Positions 16,778-28,000 of a stretch of DNA of 40,568 bases are shown here, one piece after another (position 1 is the first letter of the stretch; each line of letters starts with the position of its first letter). The position numbers and the translations under genes are program-made. Source of the stretch: a virus. Its lineage: Duplodnaviria > Caudoviricetes. The stretch covers positions 1 through 40,568 of the IMG/VR virus record IMGVR_UViG_3300037507_001618. The stretch is one strand, 5' to 3'. The notes beneath the pieces were generated by a model, which saw only the letters and a program-made list of their open reading frames with translations, was not told the DNA's origin and made no database searches.

Positions 16778-18607
16778 TTATACTAAAGAAAGATATACAA
16801 GTCCTGGTTGTGCAACATTTCCGTATGTTCCTCGATATGGATCTGATGAATTTCCAGGTGAAGATCCAAATCCAGTATAAAGAATTGTAGTTCCGATTCC
16901 AACGACTACAGATCCATTATAAAATCCAGATCCACCACCAGAACCAAAAGCACCAGCATCACCGCCACCTTGACCTCCACCAAAGTGTCCTCCACCACCT
17001 CCTGGAGATCCGGCATCACCACCATTTAAATCACCAGTTCCACCGTTGTATTTTGCTGCACCATTTGACGAAGTAATTCCAGAATACCCACCAAAGTATG
17101 AAGGTGTTCCAGTTGCTCCTCCAGCACCATTTGTATTTGTTGCTGATGCTCCAGTTCTTCGTCCACCAGCACCACCAGCACCACCAGCAGTCTGTGTTCC
17201 TCCATCACCACCTGTTGTTGCACCTTCACCATCCTGTCCTGTTGTTCCTCCACCGGCACCAGATGCTCTTCCCCCTCCCGTAACTCCATAACTTCCAGCA
17301 CCACCCCCAGCAATCAGAATTTCGGACTGGTTTGATGCTAAAAGAATTCCAGAAGCAGCTCCGCCACCTGGAGCACCTCTGCTTGAAGTAGCGTCTTGAC
17401 CTGTTCCTCCAGCGAACACAAGATATGAAGTTCCACCAGTAAGTGTTACACGACCATACGCGGCGCCGCCAGCACCACTGTTTGCCGTATAGTTAGTTCC
17501 ATCAAAATATCTTCCTCCGCCAGCACCCCACATTCTTACAATTATACTCATATTTTTTGATGGAGTTAGAGTATAACCTTTACCAGTCGTGCCAACACCA
17601 ACAATAGATAAACCTGTAGCGAAATCTCCTGCAGTTGCGCCACTGGGCAATGCTGGAGAAATCGTATAAGGAAACCCTATTGGATTTGTGCCTATTTGAT
17701 TGACATCAACATACTTAGTAATTCTTGTTGGAACAGAAAGTTTATTTGTCGAAATACCAGTTTCTCTGAATACTGCCTGAAGTCTTGCGCCTTCCGTTGT
17801 TGTTGAAGATACTACAGCACCAAATCCACCAGTAATTCTTGTCGGCGGTGTGAAGTTCGATGTATATTTTGCATATCCTTTGTAAACACGGAGGTCTTGT
17901 ATGTAACCATCAAAATCTCCAGATGTTCCACTATAACTTCCAATTCTAGGTCTTGGTGATCCAGAGTTTGGAGAAACCGATGTGCTGTAAGTGGTAGAAG
18001 ACTCTAAAACCCCATCGACAAATAATCTTAATGTTGTTCCAGAACGGCAACCTGCTATATGATGCCAAATACCATTACAAACATTAGAAGTTCCTAATAA
18101 ATTTAAGACACTATCCCAAAGATTTACTTTTCCAGTAGATGGTTCAAGTGCTATTTGAAAATTTCCACCAGCATTACCTGTTGGTCCGTCAGTCATATAA
18201 ATGCGACGATAGAAAGTGTCTGCTGTTGTATTGGTTGTATAAATCCAACATTCAACTGTAAAATCACCTGTTCCAAAAGAAAAATCTGCTGAAGACCCTA
18301 GATCAACATAATCACTTACCCCATCAAAATACGCAGAACTTCTTCCTAATTGAACCCCAGTTACACTCGAAATACCAACACCATTAAAAGTTGTAACCGT
18401 TTTATTTGCAACCGTCCTATCAACCCTCATTGCCGGAGCAATATCAGTGAATGAAGTATTCTCATCAAAAGGTAATGCAAGAACTAATGTTGTTTTAATT
18501 CCTACTGGTTCCTCATTAAACTCAGTAATGTTTGTGTAAGCTGGTGCTGTAGTAGGTCTATAGATAGAACCCGTAATACCATCAATAGAAATAAAAGGTT
18601 CTGGCAT
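16778..18607 (-). CDS. virion protein, LamG domain plus C-terminal glycine-rich domain
   Basis: SAYFDG...DFTVECW LamG motifs; MWGAGGG...GGGGS glycine-rich adhesin-like region. Confidence 0.8.
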   Translation of the reverse strand: MPEPFISIDGITGSIYRPTTAPAYTNITEFNEEPVGIKTTLVLALPFDENTSFTDIAPAMRVDRTVANKTVTTFNGVGISSVTGVQLGRSSAYFDGVSDYVDLGSSADFSFGTGDFTVECWIYTTNTTADTFYRRIYMTDGPTGNAGGNFQIALEPSTGKVNLWDSVLNLLGTSNVCNGIWHHIAGCRSGTTLRLFVDGVLESSTTYSTSVSPNSGSPRPRIGSYSGTSGDFDGYIQDLRVYKGYAKYTSNFTPPTRITGGFGAVVSSTTTEGARLQAVFRETGISTNKLSVPTRITKYVDVNQIGTNPIGFPYTISPALPSGATAGDFATGLSIVGVGTTGKGYTLTPSKNMSIIVRMWGAGGGRYFDGTNYTANSGAGGAAYGRVTLTGGTSYLVFAGGTGQDATSSRGAPGGGAASGILLASNQSEILIAGGGAGSYGVTGGGRASGAGGGTTGQDGEGATTGGDGGTQTAGGAGGAGGRRTGASATNTNGAGGATGTPSYFGGYSGITSSNGAAKYNGGTGDLNGGDAGSPGGGGGHFGGGQGGGDAGAFGSGGGSGFYNGSVVVGIGTTILYTGFGSSPGNSSDPYRGTYGNVAQPGLVYLSLV

Positions 18608-18632
18608 ATTTTACTTTCTTCTTTTTAAATAT

Positions 18633-19334
18633 TTAGAGACCGAAACGACCTCTTAAACGATTGAAGTTTTGTGAGACTTCTGCTGCTGTCAAGATTTTAT
18701 TACTATACAACTTCAATGAAGCACAATTTCCATCAAATAATGTTCCTTCACCAAAACTAGGTCCAGCACCGATTTGCAATAAAGTAAAATCTGCAGAATG
18801 AACAGATAAAGTAACTGATCCAACTAAAGAACCATTTTTATACAAGGTGCAAAATCCATTATTAACTGTCCATACAAAATTGTGCCAAACTCCATTTACA
18901 AGAGTTCCTGCGGAAGTTACTGCGTTACTTCCCGTATTGGTTCCAATGTATAATGTTCCAGAAGAATCTGTATGCGCGGTAAAACCACTCCAATAACTTC
19001 CTGCAGATCCACTCGAATTCATCATAATACATTGATCATAGTTTGATACTGCAGTTGGTCTTGTCCACCAGTCAATTGAATAATATGTTCTACTACAAGA
19101 TATAGTAGCAGACATATAATCATTCGTTCCATCAAAAAGTATTGAACCACCGTTCGCACTACTAAAAGTTGGTCCATTTATCAAAGTTCCATTATTACCA
19201 CGACTACTTGCATCATACCAAGTAGTTCCAGATCCAGTATAAGATCTTAAATAACCAGCATCAAGATTTAAAACTAATCCACTTGTTACAATTTGTTCAT
19301 CAGAAAATTTAACAAATCCTGCAGGAGGTGTCAT
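18633..19334 (-). CDS. single LamG-like domain protein
   Basis: GLVLNLDAG...SYTGSGTTW...FDGTNDY...QNFNRLRGRFGL family signature. Confidence 0.85.
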   Translation of the reverse strand: MTPPAGFVKFSDEQIVTSGLVLNLDAGYLRSYTGSGTTWYDASSRGNNGTLINGPTFSSANGGSILFDGTNDYMSATISCSRTYYSIDWWTRPTAVSNYDQCIMMNSSGSAGSYWSGFTAHTDSSGTLYIGTNTGSNAVTSAGTLVNGVWHNFVWTVNNGFCTLYKNGSLVGSVTLSVHSADFTLLQIGAGPSFGEGTLFDGNCASLKLYSNKILTAAEVSQNFNRLRGRFGL

Positions 19335-20110
19335 ATTGTTTTACCAGAAAATTTAACAGGGTAATAAATTGATTGAAGAAATGGCGATTGCGACTTATAT
19401 GTAAAACTAGATGGAAGTAAGGATGTAGATCCCCACTTCCACGCTAAGTATCCAGTAACAATTTCAATTTGTGCTGCTGTAAGGTATGTAGTCTGATAAG
19501 CAATAATTTCACCATAATTTCCTACAAATATTCTATCAGAACCGTTTCCATATCCAGTTCCATTAAATCCACCAGTATAACCACTTTGTAGATTGATCGA
19601 ATAAATTGAAAATGTGGTCCACTTATTATTGCTGACATTCACAAAGTTAGATCCATCCAATTGAGATGTTGATTGTGTTGGTTGAGATGTAACCCATGCA
19701 GCAGCAAAAGAACCAGAAGCTAAAGCAGTGCTACTTGGACCGTGCCAATCATAAGAGTTTGAACCCAAAAATCCGTTATAGTTTGTTGATACTGCACCAG
19801 CAGCAGACCAAGCAGAGGCAACAAAAATATGAGTCACAGAATTTAATTGTGTTGTCGTCATTCTGGCAGTGCCAGCATAAGTCATAACGTTGAGACCATT
19901 TTGAGTTGCAGTATAAGTTGGAGTTCCTGCAGCAAGACCTAAGTTATATCCTGTTCCAGCACTACCCTTATTTGCCCAAGTTGACACTGTGCCTCCACTT
20001 AATGTAACTGTAGAAGAATCAGAGGCATCATACCATAAAGCAGGTGAAAAAATTTCAGATATTGATGGACTGCGATTTGCTGAAGTTTGAGTGCGAAATT
20101 TAACTGGCAT
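19331..20110 (-). CDS. ConA/LamG-like virion protein (second type)
   Basis: LWYDASD...VSTWANK...GEIIAY...GYLAWKWG. Confidence 0.75.
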   Translation of the reverse strand: MPVKFRTQTSANRSPSISEIFSPALWYDASDSSTVTLSGGTVSTWANKGSAGTGYNLGLAAGTPTYTATQNGLNVMTYAGTARMTTTQLNSVTHIFVASAWSAAGAVSTNYNGFLGSNSYDWHGPSSTALASGSFAAAWVTSQPTQSTSQLDGSNFVNVSNNKWTTFSIYSINLQSGYTGGFNGTGYGNGSDRIFVGNYGEIIAYQTTYLTAAQIEIVTGYLAWKWGSTSLLPSSFTYKSQSPFLQSIYYPVKFSGKTI

Positions 20111-20116
20111 AAAGCA

Positions 20117-21355
20117 TCAACTCGTTATAAATGTAAAGTCTAAAGTTTGTGAATTTATATTATAATTTATCTTATAATACGAAGAAGTTCCAGCAGCAGC
20201 AACTCGAATATCTCCTACAAATCTTGATGTTGCATTAACGTCAAATGGTTGTGTTGCATTTGTGGTTCCAATTCCAACGTATCCGTTTGAAGTTGGTGTA
20301 AAGAGAACATCGTTGTCAGTTCTTACGTCAATTAAAGCAGCGTCGGTAAAATCTGTAACACTAAAAATACTACTTGTGCTTGTTGTGGTACCAACTCCGA
20401 CTGAGAAAATGGTTGTTCCAGCACTTATAGCACTAAGTCCGCTAGTTGTAACTACACCACTGAAGAATCCATCGCCAGAAACATAAAGTTTTGATGTTGC
20501 ATTAGTTGTTCCAATGCCAACATCACCTATAGAATCGATAATAACAATCGAAGAACCAGTGCCAACTTGTAAAGTTTGTATTGGGTTGGTGGTTCCTATA
20601 CCAAGTCTTGTAGTTGATGGGTTATAAACCAGTGATGTCGTAGCACCAAATCCAGTTGTTGATCCAAGAGAAGTTACGTAAGGAATAAATTGATTACTAT
20701 TAGTAGTGTTAGTAGAGATTGAGACTGATCCACTACCGCCGCCTCCACTACCAGAAATACTAATATCAACTCTATTTCCAACTACAGCAAATGTATTACC
20801 AGTTCCAACAAAGTTTAGAGCTGTGATAATGCCAGTTGTTACTAAATTACCACCAGAGTAAATTCCAATACCTTGAACACCACCTGATGCAGTAACAACA
20901 CCTGTTACGACAGCATTACCAACAACGTGAAGTTTTGATATTGGTCTTGTGGTTCCAATACCAACATCCTCGTTAGAAGTTATAACAAAGATTTGACCAT
21001 CAGTTGATATACCTAAAGTATTTGCTGCACCAATTTGGAATTTTTGAGAAGGATTTGTAACTCCAATGCCAATATTTCCGGTATAAATTCCAAGTCTTAT
21101 AGTGCCATCAGCATTTGCATCAATTAACGGTAGTCCTGAAATGTCATTAACTGAATAAATGATTCCCGATGAGAGATTAGTATTGACTGCAAAAACTTGA
21201 CCTTGATATCCTTCAAAACTTAAAGTGCCTTCAGCATCATCTAAAACCTTAAGAGTAATAGAAGTATTTCCAGCGCCGGTAAATGTAATGCTAGGTTGGT
21301 CTACTGTTGAACCTATAGACGGACGAATTACAATATTTTTATCCGAGTTCGCCAT
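20117..21355 (-). CDS. tail fibre protein
   Basis: Multiple VGIGTTxP/xKLxV repeats. Late-type ATAAATA at 21382-21388. Confidence 0.8.
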   Translation of the reverse strand: MANSDKNIVIRPSIGSTVDQPSITFTGAGNTSITLKVLDDAEGTLSFEGYQGQVFAVNTNLSSGIIYSVNDISGLPLIDANADGTIRLGIYTGNIGIGVTNPSQKFQIGAANTLGISTDGQIFVITSNEDVGIGTTRPISKLHVVGNAVVTGVVTASGGVQGIGIYSGGNLVTTGIITALNFVGTGNTFAVVGNRVDISISGSGGGGSGSVSISTNTTNSNQFIPYVTSLGSTTGFGATTSLVYNPSTTRLGIGTTNPIQTLQVGTGSSIVIIDSIGDVGIGTTNATSKLYVSGDGFFSGVVTTSGLSAISAGTTIFSVGVGTTTSTSSIFSVTDFTDAALIDVRTDNDVLFTPTSNGYVGIGTTNATQPFDVNATSRFVGDIRVAAAGTSSYYKINYNINSQTLDFTFITS

Positions 21356-21396
21356 TTACCTAATACTACTCCTTATAAAGATATTTATGTTTTCTT

Positions 21397-22752
21397 TTAG
21401 AGTCCATAACGACTTTTTGTATTTTGATAATTTTTCAATACTTCTGATGCTGTGAGTCCTTTGCCCTTTAGAACCCGAAAATTTGAGATTCTACCATTGA
21501 GTGGGTAAAGAAATGACCCTCTATATTGAATAGCACCAATAGAAGGTTGATATGATGTTGCATTTGATATAGATAATGCGTAAGATGTTGTTGAAAGTAA
21601 AGCCCCATTTAAAAATAAGTAAAGACTATTTCCAATTCTACTAGCAGAAACATAATACCAAGTATTTGTCGCAAAAGACGAATAAGCACCAATTGCTATT
21701 GGTGTGCTATTAACAGATAAATAAACACCATTTGTAGTATATCCACCTAATGTGCTACCTTGCGTAATAAAAAATCTAAAATCACTTCCAACATCACCAT
21801 CACCCGTTGCATAAATCATATTAATACCATAAGTTGTAGCTCCACCAGCAGCAAATGTAGAAATATTGACCCAACATTCCAGAGTAAATTCCCCACTACC
21901 AAAGTCAAATGTAGTATTAGGAAAAGAACCAATCGTCACATAATCATTAGTCCCATCAAACTTAAAGGAAGGAAAACCATAAACGGATCTTGCGTCTCCA
22001 TTTACGGTTATGGCAAAGTTATTAGAACTTGCGTCCCTTATACTTCCTTTCTGACAAGTCAATAATGAGGTTCCAGAGACTGCTGTGAGTAATGATCTTG
22101 GTGGTGTGAAGTTTGATGTGTAAAGTGCGGTTCCTTTGATGATTCGGAGGTTGGAGATGTAAGCATTAACGTTATTGGCGCTATACGCCGCACCAATTTG
22201 TACGTTCTGAGAACTGCCTATCCACGTTGAACTCTTTGTTGCTGTCCCAAGAGACACGCCGTTTTGATAAAGGGTTACGGTAGATCCACTTCGCACTAAA
22301 GCCAAATGAGTCCAAGATCCCAAAGGTGGCAATCCTGTCCAAAACATCTCACCAGAACCTGCAAATTGAGCAACATATTGACCAAATTTCAAGCCAAAAT
22401 AATCGCCACTACCGCTAGGTGTACCTATATACAGGGTATATGCGCTGGTGTAGTTGTCAAGAGGATAAGTCCAGAACTCAGACGTAAAGTCACCAGACAA
22501 GTCAAAAGCACTATTTTGTCCAATTTGCAGGTAATCCCCAGTCCCATCAAAATACACACCACCAGCACCACCAAAGGGTTCATTAAATCCTACTGTCGTA
22601 TATGCTGGTCCATTCGTCAAAGTCCCATTGTTTCCACGATAAGAAATATCAGTCCAAGTGGTTCCAGACCCACCATAAGATCTTGTATTAGCAGCATCAA
22701 GTGCTAATACAAGACCGTCATCAGCAAGTTCTGGTCCAGCATATGCTCCCAT
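21397..22752 (-). CDS. LamG family protein with a second, nested LamG domain
   Basis: Family N- and C-termini plus a ~195-aa insert. Confidence 0.85.
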   Translation of the reverse strand: MGAYAGPELADDGLVLALDAANTRSYGGSGTTWTDISYRGNNGTLTNGPAYTTVGFNEPFGGAGGVYFDGTGDYLQIGQNSAFDLSGDFTSEFWTYPLDNYTSAYTLYIGTPSGSGDYFGLKFGQYVAQFAGSGEMFWTGLPPLGSWTHLALVRSGSTVTLYQNGVSLGTATKSSTWIGSSQNVQIGAAYSANNVNAYISNLRIIKGTALYTSNFTPPRSLLTAVSGTSLLTCQKGSIRDASSNNFAITVNGDARSVYGFPSFKFDGTNDYVTIGSFPNTTFDFGSGEFTLECWVNISTFAAGGATTYGINMIYATGDGDVGSDFRFFITQGSTLGGYTTNGVYLSVNSTPIAIGAYSSFATNTWYYVSASRIGNSLYLFLNGALLSTTSYALSISNATSYQPSIGAIQYRGSFLYPLNGRISNFRVLKGKGLTASEVLKNYQNTKSRYGL

Positions 22753-23069
22753 TAGACAGGTTCTCCTGTTGAAGTTGGTTCAGTAACTTCTCCAATCACA
22801 ATTGCTGGTAGAAGTTCTTCGTTTTCGTCAATTGGTTTAGTCCATTCAGGTCCAGAAAGAATCTCTAAAATTTCTGTGTGATTATAAGGTCCTTCTTTAG
22901 TTGTTAATGCCTCAACACAAGCAGGAATTTCTTCTGAATCCCACTTCACAAAAGTTTTACTTTCATCTAAACTCTTGCGTAGTGTTTCTGGTGAAGTTTC
23001 ACACACTTGATTAAACTCAATTGTGTCAATTTCAGTTGTGCTGAAAATCATATACTGTCTTGAAATCAT
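22752..23069 (-). CDS. conserved hypothetical protein associated with LamG genes
   Basis: ETSPETLRKSLDESKTFVKW...PYNHTEIL. Late-type CTAAATA upstream. Confidence 0.75.
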   Translation of the reverse strand: MISRQYMIFSTTEIDTIEFNQVCETSPETLRKSLDESKTFVKWDSEEIPACVEALTTKEGPYNHTEILEILSGPEWTKPIDENEELLPAIVIGEVTEPTSTGEPV

Positions 23070-23095
23070 TTTCTTATGCTCCTTTTTTTAAATAT

Positions 23096-24361
23096 TTAGA
23101 TCCCAAATCGGTTTCTAAGTGCGTTGAAGTTTCTTTGAACTTCTACTTCTGTAAGATTTCTATTATATACTTTTACATTTGATATATAACCGTTTAACAA
23201 ACTATTAATATCACTTCTTGTATTTCCAAAACTCAAAATTCCATATGGATTATCTGTCCCTGATCCTGAAGAGTATTTTGTTTGATTAATATAAAGATCC
23301 CCATTTTTAATATAACAAAATCTATACCATTTATTTTGAGGTGGTGATCCAACTCCACTTATAACTCTTCCTGCAAGACTATTTCCATCTGTTCTAAAAG
23401 TGCTTCCATTAAAAGTATAAGCTCCAGAATTTCCATTATAACTTAGTATATCTCCAGTTGCTCTCGTATCATAAATCCACATTTCTATCGTCATATTTGT
23501 TAAAGAAGATGCGTTCATACTATCTACATAATCATTCGTCCCATCAAGTTTTATAGATGCTGATTGAATTGCTCTAACATTTCCATTTCTTGTGATGCTA
23601 AATTTATTGTTACTATTATCAACAATTGCACCGCCTTGACACGTTAAAAGTGAAGTTCCTGATACTGGTGTTAGTGGTTTTGTGGGTCGGGTGAAAGCGG
23701 AAGTATAGAGTGCGGTGCCATTAACTACACGAAGATTGGAGCAATATCCCGGAGACGCATAATTGGCAGCGTCAAAACCTGCACCGATTGTTGCGTTGGC
23801 ATTTGAGCCAGTTGCAATAGTGCCGGACACAGTGCCACTATATCCTTCAACACCATTAACAAACATTTTAAGAGTTGTTCCACTGCGAGTTAGTGCAATA
23901 TGATTCCAGGCACTTGAAACGCAATTAACTGAGGAAGACAATACGCCGCCGCTAAAAATAAACTGTACAGCTCCGCCAGAGCTAAATACACCGAACGTCC
24001 AGTTTGACTGGGTGTATGCAGTTCTTGTGTCAATTAATACAAATCCCTGAACACCAGGTCCACCAGTAAATGAACTGTATATCCATGCTTCAACTGTAAA
24101 GTCACCTGTAAATGTCAGGAAACTGCCGTTTATAACCGTCAAATAATCCCCAGTCCCATCAAAATAAACACTTCCCCCAGTGCTTCCAGCGAAAGGGCCC
24201 CCAGGTTCAAAAGTTGGTCCATTTGTCAAAGTGCCATTATTACCACGATAAGAAATATCAGTCCAAGTGGTTCCAGATCCACCATAAGACCTTGAGTTTT
24301 GTGCGTCTAATGCTAATACAAGTCCATCACTGACGATGGATGGTGAGTGAATAAGTCCCAT
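23096..24361 (-). CDS. LamG family protein with a second, nested LamG domain
   Basis: Same architecture as 21397..22752. Confidence 0.85.
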   Translation of the reverse strand: MGLIHSPSIVSDGLVLALDAQNSRSYGGSGTTWTDISYRGNNGTLTNGPTFEPGGPFAGSTGGSVYFDGTGDYLTVINGSFLTFTGDFTVEAWIYSSFTGGPGVQGFVLIDTRTAYTQSNWTFGVFSSGGAVQFIFSGGVLSSSVNCVSSAWNHIALTRSGTTLKMFVNGVEGYSGTVSGTIATGSNANATIGAGFDAANYASPGYCSNLRVVNGTALYTSAFTRPTKPLTPVSGTSLLTCQGGAIVDNSNNKFSITRNGNVRAIQSASIKLDGTNDYVDSMNASSLTNMTIEMWIYDTRATGDILSYNGNSGAYTFNGSTFRTDGNSLAGRVISGVGSPPQNKWYRFCYIKNGDLYINQTKYSSGSGTDNPYGILSFGNTRSDINSLLNGYISNVKVYNRNLTEVEVQRNFNALRNRFGI

Positions 24362-25035
24362 TATAATCCAAACCTCCCTTTGAGAGCATTATAGTTTTGC
24401 AATACTTCTGCTGATGTAAGACCTTTGCCTTTGTAGATGCGGGTGTTGGAGATATTGCCCTTCCAAGGATGATTACCATCAGCACCTCTATATCCAATAT
24501 ATGCAGTAACACCAGAATTTCCAATTGAAGATGCTTGTGTGCCAGAAGAAGTTTCTACTCCATTTATGTAATTTCTGATTGTTGTGCCAATTCTAGATGA
24601 CACCACATGAGACCAAGTATTGATTGGGGGATAATTTGCAGCAACATTATTATATACCAATCCAAATAATAATCCAGCACCAGCAAATATTCCAAATTGA
24701 TCTAAACTACTACTTCCACCAGTGGCATAAATTATTCTCCCACTAGCAGCATATGTTCCATCCCAATAGATCCATGCCTCAATAGATACATCACCAGTTC
24801 CAAAATTAAAATCACTTGAAGCAGGTATAGTCACATAATCATTCGTCCCATCAAAAACTATAGACCCACCATTCACACTACTGTAAGTTGGACCATTCGT
24901 GAGTGTTCCATTATTACCACGATAAGAAATATCAGTCCAAGTGGTTCCAGACCCACCATAAGACCTTGTATTAGCAGCATCAAGTGCTAATACAAGACCA
25001 TCAGATACTGTAGTCGGATTATAATTTATTGCCAT
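24361..25035 (-). CDS. single LamG-like domain protein
   Basis: Family signature GLVLALDAAN...QNYNALKGRFGL. Confidence 0.85.
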   Translation of the reverse strand: MAINYNPTTVSDGLVLALDAANTRSYGGSGTTWTDISYRGNNGTLTNGPTYSSVNGGSIVFDGTNDYVTIPASSDFNFGTGDVSIEAWIYWDGTYAASGRIIYATGGSSSLDQFGIFAGAGLLFGLVYNNVAANYPPINTWSHVVSSRIGTTIRNYINGVETSSGTQASSIGNSGVTAYIGYRGADGNHPWKGNISNTRIYKGKGLTSAEVLQNYNALKGRFGL

Positions 25036-25045
25036 AATCTATCTC

Positions 25046-28000
25046 CTAGTATTCTACAACTAATTTTTCAATATCTTTTCTTTCTGCGTAAATTGTATAA
25101 TAATAATCAAGATCTCCATCCTCTTTTGAAAATACATTCACAATATTTTGATTAATGCTTTCAACTCTTGGCATAGCACTATGACCAATTGGAGTAAGAT
25201 TCACTGTAATTGAGTTCTCATCAACCAATGCAGTCCAATATTCTGGAAGTTCAATGATTGTTTCTTGACTTCTACCTCTTACATAGACACCCTGCTCTGG
25301 TCCCTCTAAAGAAGCATAACGAAGTTTCTTACCAGATTTTGTTGGGTGATCAATGACGAACGACTTACTGGTTGCCGCGAAATCACCAATTACGTGAAGA
25401 TTGTATTGAGGACTTGTGGTTCCTATACCGAGTCTTGTAGTTGAAGGATTGTAGACTAATAATGTAGTAGCACCAAATCCAGTGGTTGATCCAAAGGAAG
25501 TTGCGTAAGGAATGTATTGGTTACTATTAGTCGTATTGGTGGAGATTGAGAAACCAGCAGCAATACCTGTGAGTTGGGATCCATCACCCCTATAACTTGA
25601 GGCAGTAACAATACCAGTAAAACTTGCTGTAGTTCCAAAAAGTCCTGCTGTGTGAGTAGCAATACCAGCGAACGTTGATACACCAGTTACGTTTAATGTC
25701 GTTGCGCCAATTCCACCATTAACGTGAAGTTTGGAAGTTGGAGCATTGGTTCCTATACCAACATTATAAGAACTATTACCTACAATCCAATCATCAGTGT
25801 TCGAACCAATGACCAATTGAGTGTTTCCGCCAGCAGTAGGAACATCACGATTATAACCAATTACAATATTGTTACTACCAGTTAGTTTTGCTTGACCTGC
25901 ACTGTAACCAATACCAATGTTATAACTTCCAGTTGCATTAGAGTAACCAGCAAGATAACCAGTAAAGACATTATATGAACCACTTGTTAAATTATATCCT
26001 GCTTGATATCCAAATATATTGTTTCCAGTAGCGGTTGATCCACCTAAAGTATATCCTGCTTGATATCCAATTATGTTATTATATTCAAAGTTAGTGTCAC
26101 CTCCAGTATTAATTCCTGCGATTTGGAATCCTATAATATTATTATATCCAACTCTACCTCCGCTAACAGAACCAGAATTAAAATTGAAATTTCTTAAAGA
26201 CTGATGACCAATAACATTATTGTAAGACCAATATTGATTGAGACCCCCACCAGACCATAATAAATTATCGCCAAGATTGGAACCAAAAACATTATTATAT
26301 TGATAAGATCTTGCGAAAGATCCGCCGCCACCATTGCTAATTAAAAGTGAATTGGTCCCATAAACATGATTAAAAGAATCTCCAGTTCCAGTGGTTATTC
26401 CAGTGATATTTCCCGATCTCAATATTGTTCCAGATGTTATACCATAACGATTGGCAGTTATTGTAACACCGACACCCAGTGTTGTTCCATCAAATGTTAA
26501 GTTAGAACTTGTCGAAGTAGTATTTGTCGCAGAGTTATAAAGAACTCTATTGGCAGTTCCATTAACGTTGAAGGCAGTATTGGCAAATGATGCCGTTGAT
26601 GCAGAACCAATGACGTTAAATGCTGTTGTGGCAAATGATGCCGTTGATGCAGAACCAATAAACTGAACCGCTGTTATGACACCAGACACATTGAGTTGTC
26701 TAGCAAATAATGTAGGTCCAGTGACGGTAGTGATTCCAGCAAATGTAGAAACACCAGTTACATTCAGTTGTGAGATTGATGTAATACCAAGAGTGCTGAC
26801 TCCAGTAACAACAAGACTATTCGTTCTTACATTATCAGTTGCGGCAATACCAGTTAGTTGAGAACCATCACCAAAATAAGTAACACCAATACCACCAACG
26901 GTTGCTCCAGTTCCTACTGGAGTCATACGGAAGTTACCTACGGTTGAGACACCAGTGATTAGAGCACCACCAACAACGTGAAGTTTGGAGGTTGGTCTTG
27001 TGGTTCCAATACCAACATCTTCTGTCGATGTTATAACAAAGATTTGACCATCAGTTGATATACCTAAAGTATTTGCTGTGCCTACTTGTAATGAATGAAT
27101 TGGATTTGTGGTTCCAATACCAATACGATTATTTGTCGCATCAACAACTAAAGAATTTCCATTAACAATAAAGTTACTAGTAACTGTGGCAATGCCAGCA
27201 ATTAAAGCATTACCAACAACGTGCAATCTTGATGTTGGTAAAGTTGTTGCAATACCTACGTTTCCATCAGCATAAGGTGCTAGTGTGACCGTACCATCAG
27301 CATTGACATCAATACTTGGAATACCCGATACATCATTAACTGAGAAAATGGATCCAGAGGTCAGGTTGTTTGTAATTGAGAACAACTGTCCAGCAGAACC
27401 TTCCCAAGATAATGCACCACCTTGAAGTTCATATGCTTTTTGTGTAATATGCTGAGTCGTAGCAGCGCCAGCAGCAACAAGAAGATTGCCTTGAATATGT
27501 AATGTTTGTAATGGGTTGGTAGTTCCTATGCCTAGATTATCTGTTGATGGATTGTAAACCAATAATGTTGTTACACCAAATCCTGTGGTTGATCCTGCTG
27601 ATACGGCGTAAGGAATAAATTGATTGCTATTAGTAGTGTTAGTAGAAATTGAAACGCCAGTAACAATGTTTGATAGTTGAGAACCATCACCATAATAAGT
27701 AACACCAATACCACCAACGGTTGCACCAGTTCCTACAGGTGTGATGCGGAAGTTGCCTATTGTTGAGACACCAGAGACATTCAGTTGTCTTGCAAATAGT
27801 GTGGTTCCAGTGACGGTGGTGATTCCAGCAAACGTTGCTACACCAGAAACACTTAACTGGTTTGCAAATAACGTAGAAGTATTAGTGGTGACTCCAACAA
27901 AAGTAGAAACACCAGAAACCCACAGTTGCGAAAGTGTTGCAATACCTGCGGTTAAAATACCAGAAGCATTAATATTTCTTACAACTGCTAAATCATTCTC

